A stretch of 64,000 nt of DNA from an uncultured delta proteobacterium (GCA_963810935.1 CAWEPK010000007.1:160001-224000); one strand, 5' to 3'. Counted from the first letter of the stretch, positions 52,531-63,704 are shown. Notes: a model not told the origin generated them from the sequence alone. Numbers and translations: made by a program.

Positions 52531-54861
52531 TTGCAGCGCGTAGACCGGATGATAGCCCGGATAGACGGTTCGGCCATGCGTCACTACCTTCTGATCGCTT
52601 CCCCCGTCATCGCGGTCTTCTTCATCATCCCCATGCAGCTCTTCCTTAACGGGAGAGGATACGTTGACTGGAGCCGCCTCATACCCGCCGGGTTCGTCCT
52701 CGCCGGGTTATGCGCCTATCTCATCCTGGCCGCGGCCGTATGGGTCCTGCTTAAAGGACGTCCGCGGTGGGCCTATCTATTCTCGACGGCCATGTTCTGG
52801 CTCGGCCTTTACGTGCTTCTCTCGTTCGTCTTTGTGCCGCCGAAAATCACGCTGCTCGACGGGCGCCCCCTTCTCAGCAGCCAGCCGCTGAACCGTACGA
52901 TCGAGCAGGCGGTCTTGTTCCTCCTGGCGGCAGTAGCGGCGTTTCGCGTGAGATCGCACCGGACGTCCGCGTTCGGCCTCTTCACCGTCGCCTTTCTTCT
53001 TGTCGTTTCCCTTTCGTACGGCGCGCTTGTCGCCGCTTCCGGCCATCCGGCAGCCCACGCGGCCGATGCACGCCGGAATACGGCGGTATCAGGCGATATC
53101 AGCCACGGCGTTACCGGCCGCCCCGATACGACGATACGCGGCAACGTCTACCACATAGTCCTCGACGAGATGCAGGGCAACGTGGCGCTCGCCCGCCTCC
53201 GCGACAAAAGAAACGCGGACGCCTTTCCAGGCTTCACGTTTTTCAAAAACACGATATCGAACTATCTCTATACGTACCAGTCCTTCCACAGCTACTTCAC
53301 GGGGACGGTGTACGACGCCGTCGACTACGCGAAATGGGTAGACGGGTATAAGACGGGGGGCCTCCTGAACGATCTCCAAAAAAGGGGATACCGGATCACC
53401 GAATATACCCCCGCCTTCCTGGATTTCGCCAGGTCCCCCTCGGTGCATTTGACGAGCGAGGAGGTCTTCAGGGAGAAGTACGGCTCGCCTCTATACTCGA
53501 TAAAAGACTTTACGCAGATCTGGCTTGCCAGGGTGATGCCCAACTTCGGGACCAACGCCGCCCTCGCCGCAGGCCGCAGTCTGGGCGCTCGGATAGAGGC
53601 TTCCTTGGAAGGGCCGTCGTATGCGGCCCATGTACCCACATCCGACGATGAAGGCATACATCCGTTCTCTGCCGTTTTGACGGTCGAGAGGGCCATGAAG
53701 GACGAGCCGAAGAGGGCCGCCGCCGGCGAGTATGTATACCTGCACGCCCTTGTCCCGCACGAGCCGTACGTCCTGGACGACGAGTGCAGGTACCGGCCTG
53801 CGTGGAAGGCGCCGCTTACCCGGAGATACGACGCCCAGACGGGCTGCGCCATCAACCTGGTCTCGCGGTATCTCGCGATGCTCAGGGCGCTCGGCCGGTA
53901 CGACGATGCGACAATAATAATCCAGTCCGACCACGGCTCGAACCTCGGGCCGCGTGGGGAGTACGGACCGAGCGCCCTTTCGGCAGCACCGGCGGAGGAG
54001 AACGGCGGACTCCCGTTTGCGGACAACCAGACGGGGTGGTCGAAGAGCGCGGTCAGGGGACGGATCATGGCGACCCTGATGATAAAACCCGCCCGAAGCG
54101 TCCATCCATTTGCCGTTTCCGAAGAGCCGGCCCAGTTGCTTGATGTCTATCCCAGCTTAGCTGCCCTTCTCGGTATGAAAGCAGGCCAAAAAGAGATGGC
54201 CGGCAGAGACCTTTTCGACGACGCGCATGCGCCAGGGCGCCGGCTCTCTTTTTATGTAACTCCGAACGAGGTGGACAAGCCTCCGGGCATAGTGGTCGTC
54301 GATGTCGCAAACCCTCGCGATCTTTTGCGGTCCCCCCTTACGGTGCGAGAGGTCGTCCGTCAGCGAAGGGTCGCCTACCTCCCCGAAAAGGGGCTCTCCG
54401 TCGATATCGGCGCCCCCGGAGAAGAAGGGGTATGGCTCCAGGGCTTTTTTTCAAAGGAAGAGGAGCCCCATGCAGGCGGGACCATTTACTCGCGATGGGC
54501 GGGGGGAAAAGAAAGCACGGTAAAGTTCCTGGGCGTCCAGGTGCGCCGCCGGACACGGCTCTTGCTCGATTTCGATATCGAGCCTTTTCTTGTCATGAGA
54601 AACAGGAAAATACTCGTCAAATCTCCCCTTACTACGGCCGAGGTCATCGTGAAACCCGGTTGGAACAGCTACAGGGTGGCCCTTGAGTTTCCGGCGGGAG
54701 AAGAGATTACCGTCACCATCGGGCATGAAAAATCCGCAAGTCTTCGGGCGCTCGGCCTCAACAATAACGACGAGCGCGAGCTTGCGGTCCACTGGAGAAA
54801 GATCGGCGTGAGCTATGCGCCACCCGGCATGCCGCGGGCGAACGGAAAAAACGTGAGCTGA
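52531..54861 (+). CDS. Membrane-anchored sulfatase/alkaline-phosphatase-superfamily protein
   Basis: About five N-terminal TMs; NVYHIVLDE, HALVPHEPY, IIIQSDHG, DVYP. Confidence 0.8.
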   Translation: MQRVDRMIARIDGSAMRHYLLIASPVIAVFFIIPMQLFLNGRGYVDWSRLIPAGFVLAGLCAYLILAAAVWVLLKGRPRWAYLFSTAMFWLGLYVLLSFVFVPPKITLLDGRPLLSSQPLNRTIEQAVLFLLAAVAAFRVRSHRTSAFGLFTVAFLLVVSLSYGALVAASGHPAAHAADARRNTAVSGDISHGVTGRPDTTIRGNVYHIVLDEMQGNVALARLRDKRNADAFPGFTFFKNTISNYLYTYQSFHSYFTGTVYDAVDYAKWVDGYKTGGLLNDLQKRGYRITEYTPAFLDFARSPSVHLTSEEVFREKYGSPLYSIKDFTQIWLARVMPNFGTNAALAAGRSLGARIEASLEGPSYAAHVPTSDDEGIHPFSAVLTVERAMKDEPKRAAAGEYVYLHALVPHEPYVLDDECRYRPAWKAPLTRRYDAQTGCAINLVSRYLAMLRALGRYDDATIIIQSDHGSNLGPRGEYGPSALSAAPAEENGGLPFADNQTGWSKSAVRGRIMATLMIKPARSVHPFAVSEEPAQLLDVYPSLAALLGMKAGQKEMAGRDLFDDAHAPGRRLSFYVTPNEVDKPPGIVVVDVANPRDLLRSPLTVREVVRQRRVAYLPEKGLSVDIGAPGEEGVWLQGFFSKEEEPHAGGTIYSRWAGGKESTVKFLGVQVRRRTRLLLDFDIEPFLVMRNRKILVKSPLTTAEVIVKPGWNSYRVALEFPAGEEITVTIGHEKSASLRALGLNNNDERELAVHWRKIGVSYAPPGMPRANGKNVS

Positions 54862-54865
54862 TGGT

Positions 54866-56188
54866 ATGAGGCCGCCTTTCCTCAACAAGATAATCGAGCC
54901 GAAAGACGTCCCCCTGCAGGTGTTGAAAATAATATTTGTCGCGACGGCGGCCAATGCTATTTTCCTGTCTATAGCATTTGCCCTGGGGAGAGGACCGGGC
55001 ACTTTTATCTTTGTCGGCGACGTGTTCGCGGATTACCTGAAAGTTGTCCTTTCGTATCCCGGCGCTTTCGAAGTACCGCAGAACAGCCGTTTAGGCCTGA
55101 CTGCACTCGTGTCCGATTACGTCTTAAATAATCCCCATTTAGGCGTAGAGGGGCTTGAGATAGGGGCCCTTACTCATTTTCACCTGCCGCCCCTCTCGAC
55201 TGCTTATGCACTGTTCAGCCTCCGCCTGATGAAGCTTCTCGGCCCGCAGCTTGTTCTTTATCTGATGATTTTTTTAGCCGTTCTCGCACTATACGGGGTT
55301 GCAAGGGAAATCAGCTCGGACAGGAGAACATCGGCGGCCTGGCTCGGCTGCTTCTTGCTCTCTTACCCCTCTCTGTTTATATTGCAGAGAGCGAACCTGT
55401 TCTCTGCGGCGACTTCTATCCTCATCATCTACTACATGGTGTTCCTGCAAAAAGGCAAGAACACCGGCATTGCTATTTTCCTGCTTGCCCTTGCCGTAAA
55501 TATAAAACCGAATGCCGTCATCTTCGCTCTCGGCCTGTTTCTGGTCAGAGATGGAAAAGTTCTGTCCAGGCTCATTCTATTCTCAGCGTTATCGTGCGCG
55601 GTTTTCGCTGCGTCGCTGGCTGTCTCGACGGCGTTGTATCCCGCATATTCGATCCCTAATTTTCTTTCAGCGTTGAGGATATGGCGCACGATGTACGTCG
55701 TCGGAGACCTGGGCATCGCCTATAACTCTTCCGTTTTCACGCTGCTGAAATATATATTCGGTTACCACGAATACCTTGAATCGTCTTGCCTGCTCGGCTC
55801 ATTGGCCCTGATGCTGATCGGTTTTCGGCTCTACCTCAAAAGATCGCTTAACGCCACGTCGTTCGTATTTGTAATGTGCGCCGCATACATGATCGGCACG
55901 ACCCACTCGTGCGATTATCATTTGTTAATTTTCTTTATCCCGCTTATATTTTTGAGCATGGAGCCGCGCGGGGCCGCTTTGTCATCGATCCTCTGCGGAC
56001 GCAACGGTCGTTCATACGCGGTTATCTTTGTCGTTTCCTGTTTTCTCCTGTCGCCTAAAAATTATATTGTCTATTACGGCGTATCCCTGCTTGTACTGCT
56101 CAACCCCGTCGTCATCGCGGCGGGTGTCGTCCTTATATATTTTTATTCCGTTGTATCTCCCGATAGCCGTAATGAGGCGGCAGGCTGA
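54866..56188 (+). CDS. Polytopic GT-C (GT87-like) glycosyltransferase candidate
   Basis: FADY, LPP, QRAN, A.NIKP, DY.L pattern; about 10 TMs. Confidence 0.6.
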   Translation: MRPPFLNKIIEPKDVPLQVLKIIFVATAANAIFLSIAFALGRGPGTFIFVGDVFADYLKVVLSYPGAFEVPQNSRLGLTALVSDYVLNNPHLGVEGLEIGALTHFHLPPLSTAYALFSLRLMKLLGPQLVLYLMIFLAVLALYGVAREISSDRRTSAAWLGCFLLSYPSLFILQRANLFSAATSILIIYYMVFLQKGKNTGIAIFLLALAVNIKPNAVIFALGLFLVRDGKVLSRLILFSALSCAVFAASLAVSTALYPAYSIPNFLSALRIWRTMYVVGDLGIAYNSSVFTLLKYIFGYHEYLESSCLLGSLALMLIGFRLYLKRSLNATSFVFVMCAAYMIGTTHSCDYHLLIFFIPLIFLSMEPRGAALSSILCGRNGRSYAVIFVVSCFLLSPKNYIVYYGVSLLVLLNPVVIAAGVVLIYFYSVVSPDSRNEAAG

Positions 56189-56189
56189 A

Positions 56190-57107
56190 TCAGCGCAGCG
56201 CCCCGGCGGCCCCACTGCGGTTTTCGTCGATCAGGAAACCCGCCTCGCGCATATGGTGCGCCCGCCGGAATGGCGTCGTCTTTGCGTGATTAACCCTTAT
56301 TTTGATGAGGTCGCAAAGCATGTTGAGGGGATCGCGGATTATCCTTACATGACTGTGGACCGGATTCTGGAGAGTCACCGGGATCTCTTTTATCCTGAAT
56401 TTGTGCTTCCCCGCCAGGAATATTATTTCCGAATCGAAGGCAAAGCGCTTTACCGTCATCAGCGGGAAGATCGCCATGGCGGCTTCCCGCGTGAAGACCT
56501 TGAATCCGCATTGGGCATCTTTTATCCGGTAGTCGTTCATGATCGTTGCCCTTATGCGCCGGAAAGCCCTTTCCATGACCTTCCGGTACCATAACGCCTT
56601 CCACGTACTCTTTCCTCCAGGTATGAACCTGGAAGCGATTGCGAGGTGGCACCCCTTTTTGATCTCCGCTACGAATTTCCCCAATTCCTCGATCGGGATC
56701 CCCAGGTCTGCGTCCAGGAACATTATGATATCGTTCTTGCTCCTGAGGACGCCGTCTTTGACCACCTTGCCTTTTCCCTGGTTTACGGGATTGTCGATGA
56801 TCGCCAAGGGGACCCTGCGTTGAATTCTCAGCAGCTCGTCCATGGTTTTATCCGTGCTCCCGTCGTTGACGGCAATGATCTCGAAAGTTTCAAAATGGCG
56901 GCTGAGATAGTAGTGCACTTTCCGGATATTCCCGTAAATATTCCTCTCTTCATTGAAGCAGGGGATGACTACGGACAGCTTCTCCGTGTGAGCCGTTTTC
57001 CCCGAGGTGATGCAGGAGATATCCGTGATTTTGTCCCGGAGGAAGGCAGGCATGGCGGCTGCCGGCAAGCTTCCGGACGATTCTCCCCTGATATGCCCGT
57101 TCTGCAC
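56190..57107 (-). CDS. GT2 polyprenyl-phosphate glycosyltransferase (Alg5/DPM1-like)
   Basis: SVVIPCFNEE, VNDGSTD, NQGKG, FLDAD, DAQCGFK, FAFD.E; start uncertain. Confidence 0.88.
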   Translation of the reverse strand: MQNGHIRGESSGSLPAAAMPAFLRDKITDISCITSGKTAHTEKLSVVIPCFNEERNIYGNIRKVHYYLSRHFETFEIIAVNDGSTDKTMDELLRIQRRVPLAIIDNPVNQGKGKVVKDGVLRSKNDIIMFLDADLGIPIEELGKFVAEIKKGCHLAIASRFIPGGKSTWKALWYRKVMERAFRRIRATIMNDYRIKDAQCGFKVFTREAAMAIFPLMTVKRFAFDSEIIFLAGKHKFRIKEIPVTLQNPVHSHVRIIRDPLNMLCDLIKIRVNHAKTTPFRRAHHMREAGFLIDENRSGAAGALR

Positions 57108-57339
57108 GTGTTAAGCCCCTTTCCGAAACCCCAAGGACCCGATTAGGAATTACGTCTCGACTCAATCCGGCTTGCAAATATTTACGTAATGGCTGTCATG
57201 GAATGCCGCATTATACCGTAGAGAGAATGTGAGGGGAAGAGTTTTTTACGACGCCCGATAAGGGGGTGCCCCTTCCATTTACGAAGCGGCGGTACTATAT
57301 AAAAAAACATCAGGAATATAGGACCCTAAGGAGGCAGTC

Positions 57340-58014
57340 ATGAAGTCAAGGTTGGTTTTGGTTATCGTTTGCTTACTGTCTGCGGCTGTTTTGGCCGGCT
57401 GTTCCAGCAAGCCGCCGGCGGCATCGGAAGTACCGATGTCCTCTCAGATGCAGAAGACCGAGTGGAACCCTGACGTGATGGTCTACAAGAACCCGGACAT
57501 TAATATGGCCACATACAGGCGCGTCGTGCTTCTCCCCGTAGAGATATATACGGGTCCTGACGCGGAATTCCACGGAGCGAGCGCCGAAGAGCAGCAGGAG
57601 ATGGCGCAGTATCTCCGTGCGCAGGTAGAGAAGAACCTGCGGGAGAAGGGCCTGCTCGCGCGCGAGCCGGGGCCCGGCGTCGCCAACCTCAAGCTGATCC
57701 TTGCGGGGCTTGATAAGACGCGGCCCGTCGCTTCAACGATCACCCATGCCCTGCCTGTCGGCCTCGCCCTGAACCTGGGGAAGGGGGCGATGGGGAAGAA
57801 CGGTTCTTTCATGGGGAACGCTACTGTGGGCGGCGAGTTCACCGACTCGACCACCGGCGCCCTGGTTGCGTCGTTCCTTGCGAAAGAGGCGCCGAACGCG
57901 ATGGATGTCACGGCCGTGCCTACCGAGTGGGGCGCGTCGAAAAGGGCGCTCGAGAAGGTGGCCGAGCAGATAGGCGACCGCCTGCAGAAGATACAGGTCG
58001 GCCAGGCCGGATAG
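57340..58014 (+). CDS. Lipoprotein, DUF3313-like
   Basis: AAGGAGG RBS, lipobox LAGC, E..DS.TG..VA motif. Confidence 0.7.
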   Translation: MKSRLVLVIVCLLSAAVLAGCSSKPPAASEVPMSSQMQKTEWNPDVMVYKNPDINMATYRRVVLLPVEIYTGPDAEFHGASAEEQQEMAQYLRAQVEKNLREKGLLAREPGPGVANLKLILAGLDKTRPVASTITHALPVGLALNLGKGAMGKNGSFMGNATVGGEFTDSTTGALVASFLAKEAPNAMDVTAVPTEWGASKRALEKVAEQIGDRLQKIQVGQAG

Positions 58015-58206
58015 AGGTAACGACTGCGGGACAGGGACGGACCCGCTTGCGAAGCGAAAGCAGCAAAAGAGGACGGGTCTGTCCCGATCCGGCCCCGGAA
58101 GCAGCGTGAGCGCCATCGGCGTCTTCACAATGGCGAAATAGGGCCTCGCGACCATAAAGCAAGCGAATGCGCCGCGCCGAGCAACTGTGTTCGATGTCAA
58201 GGCTTT

Positions 58207-59312
<1,106 letters not shown>

Positions 59313-59463
59313 GCATATAAGATACAAGGGGGGAGGCCGGGGCACCCGCCCGACGTAAGGAGGGAAGGCTCGGGCTTTGCCCGTGGAGGGGGTGCTGAGC
59401 CCCAATAATTGTCAAGCAGGAGATAAGGATCGGGTATCGAAATACCTGCTGCTTGCAGCAGGT

Positions 59464-59539
59464 ATAAAGCAAGCGAAGCGCCGCGCCGAGCGGGGAGGCT
59501 CGCCGGGCTTCGCCCGGCGAGGGGGCGCTGAGCCCCAAT
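59464..59539. repeat. REP-like palindromic repeat, intact copy (a second copy is split by IS110: 58154-58181 and 59329-59406)
   Basis: Shared ATAAAGCAAGCGAA(T)GCGCCGCGCCGAG.GGGGAGGC...GGGCTT.GCCC...GAGGGGG.GCTGAGCCCCAAT. Confidence 0.75.
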
Positions 59540-59597
59540 GATTGCGTCTTTCGCGAAAACTGCGGCATCTGCTATAATGGATTACCCAGGAGGCGCA

Positions 59598-60152
59598 TTG
59601 GGCGCGAGACATCCGTTGCTGCGAACGCTGTTCCACGTTTTGGGCGCAGTCATCCCGCTTACGTACATTGCGTGGGGCAGGGGCGCGGCCCTTGGCCTGG
59701 CTACGGCGGTTTTTGTGCTGATGGCGGCGTGCGAGGCCTTGCGGCTCACTGGGATTTTAGCGCCGCCTGTCCTGAAAGGCCAGTTGAAAGAGAAAGAGGC
59801 GCGAAGGCCGACAGGCGCGTTGTTTTATGCAGGCTCGTGCCTGCTCGCCATACTGATCTTCGAGAAGTGGATAGCTGTAGCCTCGATCTTCGTCCTCATC
59901 GTGTCCGATCCGCTGTCGTCGCTGATCGGGTCGAGGTGGGGCAGGCGGAAGCTGCTCGGGAAGACGCTCGAGGGGACGGCGGTCTTCTTCGCGTCTGCGG
60001 CGGTCGTGATAGCCTGCTTTCACTTCGGGGCTGCGGCAGCGATAGCGGGCGCGTGCGCGGGGACGGCGGCGGAGCTGTTTTCGGGGCGGGCGGTGGACGA
60101 TAATTTCACCATCCCCCTGGCGTGTGGGTTTACGCTGTGGGCGTTGCATTAA
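59598..60152 (+). CDS. Polyprenol/phytol/dolichol kinase-like membrane protein
   Basis: R..FH, SDPLSSLIG..WG, KTLEG, DDNFTIP; AGGAGG RBS then TTG. Confidence 0.8.
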   Translation: MGARHPLLRTLFHVLGAVIPLTYIAWGRGAALGLATAVFVLMAACEALRLTGILAPPVLKGQLKEKEARRPTGALFYAGSCLLAILIFEKWIAVASIFVLIVSDPLSSLIGSRWGRRKLLGKTLEGTAVFFASAAVVIACFHFGAAAAIAGACAGTAAELFSGRAVDDNFTIPLACGFTLWALH

Positions 60153-60265
60153 CATCTGTTAACCAACCGGTGTTCAAAAGCGTTAACATAAGGAGCATGT
60201 GGACCATGACTCCATTGCCTGTATTTCGGCCTATATAAAGACAATCCGCTCTGCCTGCAATCACA

Positions 60266-60317
60266 TTGTATACAAGGCATGTGCTTTGCATACAATCGTG
60301 GCAGGTATTGTAAACAA
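60266..60317. promoter_or_regulatory. Three phased GntR/FadR-like palindromes
   Basis: TTGTATACAA (60266), TTGCATACAA (60286), TTGTAAACAA (60308); TTGACA-N17-TAGAAC at 60335-60363. Confidence 0.55.
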
Positions 60318-60487
60318 TATATGGCATATGCGGCTTGACAGTGTCGGGCGCATGATGTAGAACAGTCAGAACCGATTGGCGTCGCCGTCGGTTGCGCGGC
60401 CGGACAACGACCGTACTTGTTAAGAAGGCAGGTTGCCCAGTAAGCATGCGTGAGTCTCACCAAACCAGATCGAGAAGGAAAAATCCT

Positions 60488-61159
60488 ATGAGCAATGCGT
60501 TCGCAAGACACGGCTCCGTGGGACTGCTGTCGGTCCTCGTGCTCGTCATTCTCGCTGCGACGGCCTTTGCCGCCGCCCAGGAGGGCGTCGATTACCTGGT
60601 CCTGGAGAAACCGGTCCCCAACATGGCCAACACCGTATTGAAGGTCTTCAGCTACGACTGCCCGTTCTGCTACAGGTACGACAAGGCCGTCACCGCCAAC
60701 GTCGCGGCCATCCTGGCGAAGGACGGCGTAAAGTTTACCGTGTGGCACCTCAAGAACAAAGGGCAGTACGGCGTCCAGGCGAGCGAGGTTTTTGCCGCGC
60801 TGATCACCAAAGACCAGAAGGCGGGCCTCGGCCTTTTCGACGACAAGGCATCGTTCAAGAAAGCAAAGTTCGCCTATTACACGGCCTATCACGATAAGAG
60901 GGAAAGATGGGACAAAGGCGCGGACGCATTCATCGGGACGGGCCTTGAGGCAGCGGGCGTCTCCAGGCCTGAGTTCCAGGCGCTCCTGAAGGACCCCGCC
61001 ACCCAGGCGAGACTCAAGGATTGGGAGGGCGCGGTCAACATAGCAAAGATACAGGGCATCCCCGCCTTCGTCGTCAAGGGAAAGTACCTGCTTTATACGA
61101 AAAGCATAAAATCGATCGACGGGATGGCGGAAACGATTAAAGAGCTGATGGCGAAGTAG
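60488..61159 (+). CDS. dsbL: DsbA-family thiol:disulfide oxidoreductase, DsbL-like
   Basis: Signal peptide; KVFSYDCPFCY; GIPAFVV.GKY. Confidence 0.85.
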   Translation: MSNAFARHGSVGLLSVLVLVILAATAFAAAQEGVDYLVLEKPVPNMANTVLKVFSYDCPFCYRYDKAVTANVAAILAKDGVKFTVWHLKNKGQYGVQASEVFAALITKDQKAGLGLFDDKASFKKAKFAYYTAYHDKRERWDKGADAFIGTGLEAAGVSRPEFQALLKDPATQARLKDWEGAVNIAKIQGIPAFVVKGKYLLYTKSIKSIDGMAETIKELMAK

Positions 61160-61194
61160 GCGGCCTGTCAGGGGGGCAGGTTGCTCCGCAGGGA

Positions 61195-61857
61195 GTGAGT
61201 GTGAATTTCATCGGGAAGATAGCCGGCCTTCCGGACCGCCGGCTGCCGTGGGTTTTAATGGTCGTTATAGCCCTCGGCCTCGAGCAGACGGCTTACCACG
61301 TATTCCAGAAGTGGCTCTTCATGAGGCCGTGCGAGCAGTGCGTATACATCAGGTTCGCCATGCTCTGCCTGGTCGTCGCGGGGCTCGTCGGAGCAGTAAA
61401 CCCCAGGAGCACAATCCTCAAGATTGCAGGTTGCGCCATAGCCGTCTTCGGGGCGGTGAAAGGCATCGGCTACTCCCTCACGTTATATAAGGTCCACACG
61501 GCCATCATGAGCGACAACCCCTTCGGCGTGCAGGGGTGCAGCTACACGCCTACGTTCCCGTTCCATCTGCCTTTGCACCGTTGGTTCCCCGGCACGTTCC
61601 TTCCTACCGGCGACTGCGGCATCGACTATCCCATAGTGCCGTCGGGCGCCGCGCTGGGCGGGTTGCAGAAATACTTTATCGATTTGTACAGGGACGGCTG
61701 GTATCTGATACCGTCCCGCCGCTTTATGACCATGGAGCAGGCCATGCTGCTTTGCTTCGGCGTGTTCCTGGCCGCAATCGTTCTTTGTCTGGTCGCATGG
61801 GTTATCAGGGAAGTAAGAAACAGGCGTCGTGGGCTCGAATTACCAGGAAGGAGGTAA
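61195..61857 (+). CDS. dsbI: DsbB-family disulfide formation protein, DsbI-like
   Basis: MRPCEQCVYIR; QGCS..P.FPF.LPL..W.P..F.PTGDCG. Confidence 0.85.
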   Translation: MSVNFIGKIAGLPDRRLPWVLMVVIALGLEQTAYHVFQKWLFMRPCEQCVYIRFAMLCLVVAGLVGAVNPRSTILKIAGCAIAVFGAVKGIGYSLTLYKVHTAIMSDNPFGVQGCSYTPTFPFHLPLHRWFPGTFLPTGDCGIDYPIVPSGAALGGLQKYFIDLYRDGWYLIPSRRFMTMEQAMLLCFGVFLAAIVLCLVAWVIREVRNRRRGLELPGRR

Positions 61858-61861
61858 TCTT

Positions 61862-63691
61862 ATGCAAGGGCGTAAGACAGTTTTATCGTTGTTGGCGGTG
61901 TTGTTTGTACTGGCGCTTACCGCCTCGATGGCGCTGGCCATCGGCGGCCCTTCGGGTCCGAAGCTCGATTACACCGTAACGGGGAAGCTCGGCGAGGTAG
62001 TCATGAACCCGTACGGCATCGCCCCGCTGACAGCGGTCATCAAGAACGGCGGCTACTATGTGACCAATGCCAGAGTCACCATCGTCCCCAGGGAGGGCGG
62101 CCAGACCATCAGCTACATGGTGAGCGATAAGCATTGCAGGACGCACGGCGGCATCCCCGTATTCGGTCTTTATCCCGATTACGTGAACACGGTCCAGGTC
62201 GAGTACGACAGGACTTACGTCAAGAAGACCGAGCACTTCAAAGAGACCTACAAAATGTATGCCCCGGCGGTCTACGTAGACCCTTCCGGCGTGCCGGTCC
62301 AAAAGGGGCCTTTCTTCGGCTCGATCAAAGTGACGAAGGTCGATCCCGAGTTCAAGGACAGGCTCTATTTCGTGAACAACATCGCCCTCAAGAGCGGCAA
62401 GGGCACCAAGGTCGTCTGGAACAACCCGATGGGCGGCGCGCTCGAATGGAACTACAACCCGGAGTGCTTTATCCTCGATACGACCGGCGCGATCAGGTGG
62501 TACATGCTGCCCGAGCCTATCTACCACATGAAATCGGCTTTCCACGCGGGCGTCATGATGGGCTTCAGACAGAACGCGGACGGAGCCGTGTCCTGGGGTT
62601 ACGGGCAGAGGTACGTCAAATACGACATCATGGGCAGGGAGGTCTTCAACAGGGAGCTGCCCGCCTCATACAACGACTTTTCCCATTCCATGTACAACGA
62701 CCCGAACGGCCATTATTTCCTGAGGGTCGCAAGCTCCGACTACAGGCGTCTTGACGGCAAGAACGTAAGGACCGTCCGCGACGTCATCGTGGAGGTTGAC
62801 GAGAACGGCAACGCCGTCGACGACTGGAAGCTTTTCGACATCCTCGACTCGTACAGGGACATCGTTATAAAAGTCCTCGATCAGGGCGCCGTATGCCTCA
62901 ATATCGACGCGACCCAGGCGGGCCATACGGTAACCGCGGAAGATCTTGCCAAGCTGGATAAATCAGACAGGTTCGGCGACGTCGTGGGCGTCAGCCCCGG
63001 CAGGAACTGGGCGCACGTCAACAGCGTCTACCATGACGCGGCCGATGACTCCATCATTATCTCTTCGCGCCACCAGAGTGCAGTCGTAAAGATCGGCAGG
63101 GACAAGCAGATCAAATGGATCCTCGGCAGCCCGGAAGGCTGGAAGCCGGAGTTCCAGGCCAAGTTCCTGACCCCCGTCGATGCAAGCGGCAAGAAGCTCG
63201 ACTGTAAAAACAGCAAGTGCGCCGGGACGACCTTTGACTTTCCCTGGACCCAGCACACCGCTTTCAAGATCGAGAGCATGAGCAAGGGCGACGTCTTGTG
63301 GCTCTCCATTTTTGACAACGGCGACGCCAGGGGCATGGAGCAGCCGGCCCTGCCTACCATGAAATATTCACGCTCGGTGATCTACAAGATAGACCAGAAG
63401 AAGAAGACCGTGGAGCAAGTCTGGGAATACGGCAAAGAGCGCGGCTTCGACTGGTACAGCTCGGTTACGTCGATCACCGAATACCAGCCGGACAAGAACT
63501 CGATATTCGTCTATTCCGCGACCGCGGGCATGCAGTTCGACATCGCCACGGGGATGCCGGTGGGCGTGCCGAGCCCGGAGATCGACGAATTCAAATGGAT
63601 GGCCAAGGAGCCTTCCGTCCAGATAAGGATGACTCCCGCTTTAGGCTACCAGGCATTCCCTTTCAGCCTCGGCAGCGCGTTCTCCAAATAG
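61862..63691 (+). CDS. assT: Periplasmic arylsulfate sulfotransferase
   Basis: NPYGIAPLTA, THGGIPVFGLY, DFSH, NWAHVNS, SSRHQ, WTQH, FDNGD.R; AAGGAGGT RBS. Confidence 0.92.
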   Translation: MQGRKTVLSLLAVLFVLALTASMALAIGGPSGPKLDYTVTGKLGEVVMNPYGIAPLTAVIKNGGYYVTNARVTIVPREGGQTISYMVSDKHCRTHGGIPVFGLYPDYVNTVQVEYDRTYVKKTEHFKETYKMYAPAVYVDPSGVPVQKGPFFGSIKVTKVDPEFKDRLYFVNNIALKSGKGTKVVWNNPMGGALEWNYNPECFILDTTGAIRWYMLPEPIYHMKSAFHAGVMMGFRQNADGAVSWGYGQRYVKYDIMGREVFNRELPASYNDFSHSMYNDPNGHYFLRVASSDYRRLDGKNVRTVRDVIVEVDENGNAVDDWKLFDILDSYRDIVIKVLDQGAVCLNIDATQAGHTVTAEDLAKLDKSDRFGDVVGVSPGRNWAHVNSVYHDAADDSIIISSRHQSAVVKIGRDKQIKWILGSPEGWKPEFQAKFLTPVDASGKKLDCKNSKCAGTTFDFPWTQHTAFKIESMSKGDVLWLSIFDNGDARGMEQPALPTMKYSRSVIYKIDQKKKTVEQVWEYGKERGFDWYSSVTSITEYQPDKNSIFVYSATAGMQFDIATGMPVGVPSPEIDEFKWMAKEPSVQIRMTPALGYQAFPFSLGSAFSK

Positions 63692-63704
63692 CGATCTTAT
63701 AAGA

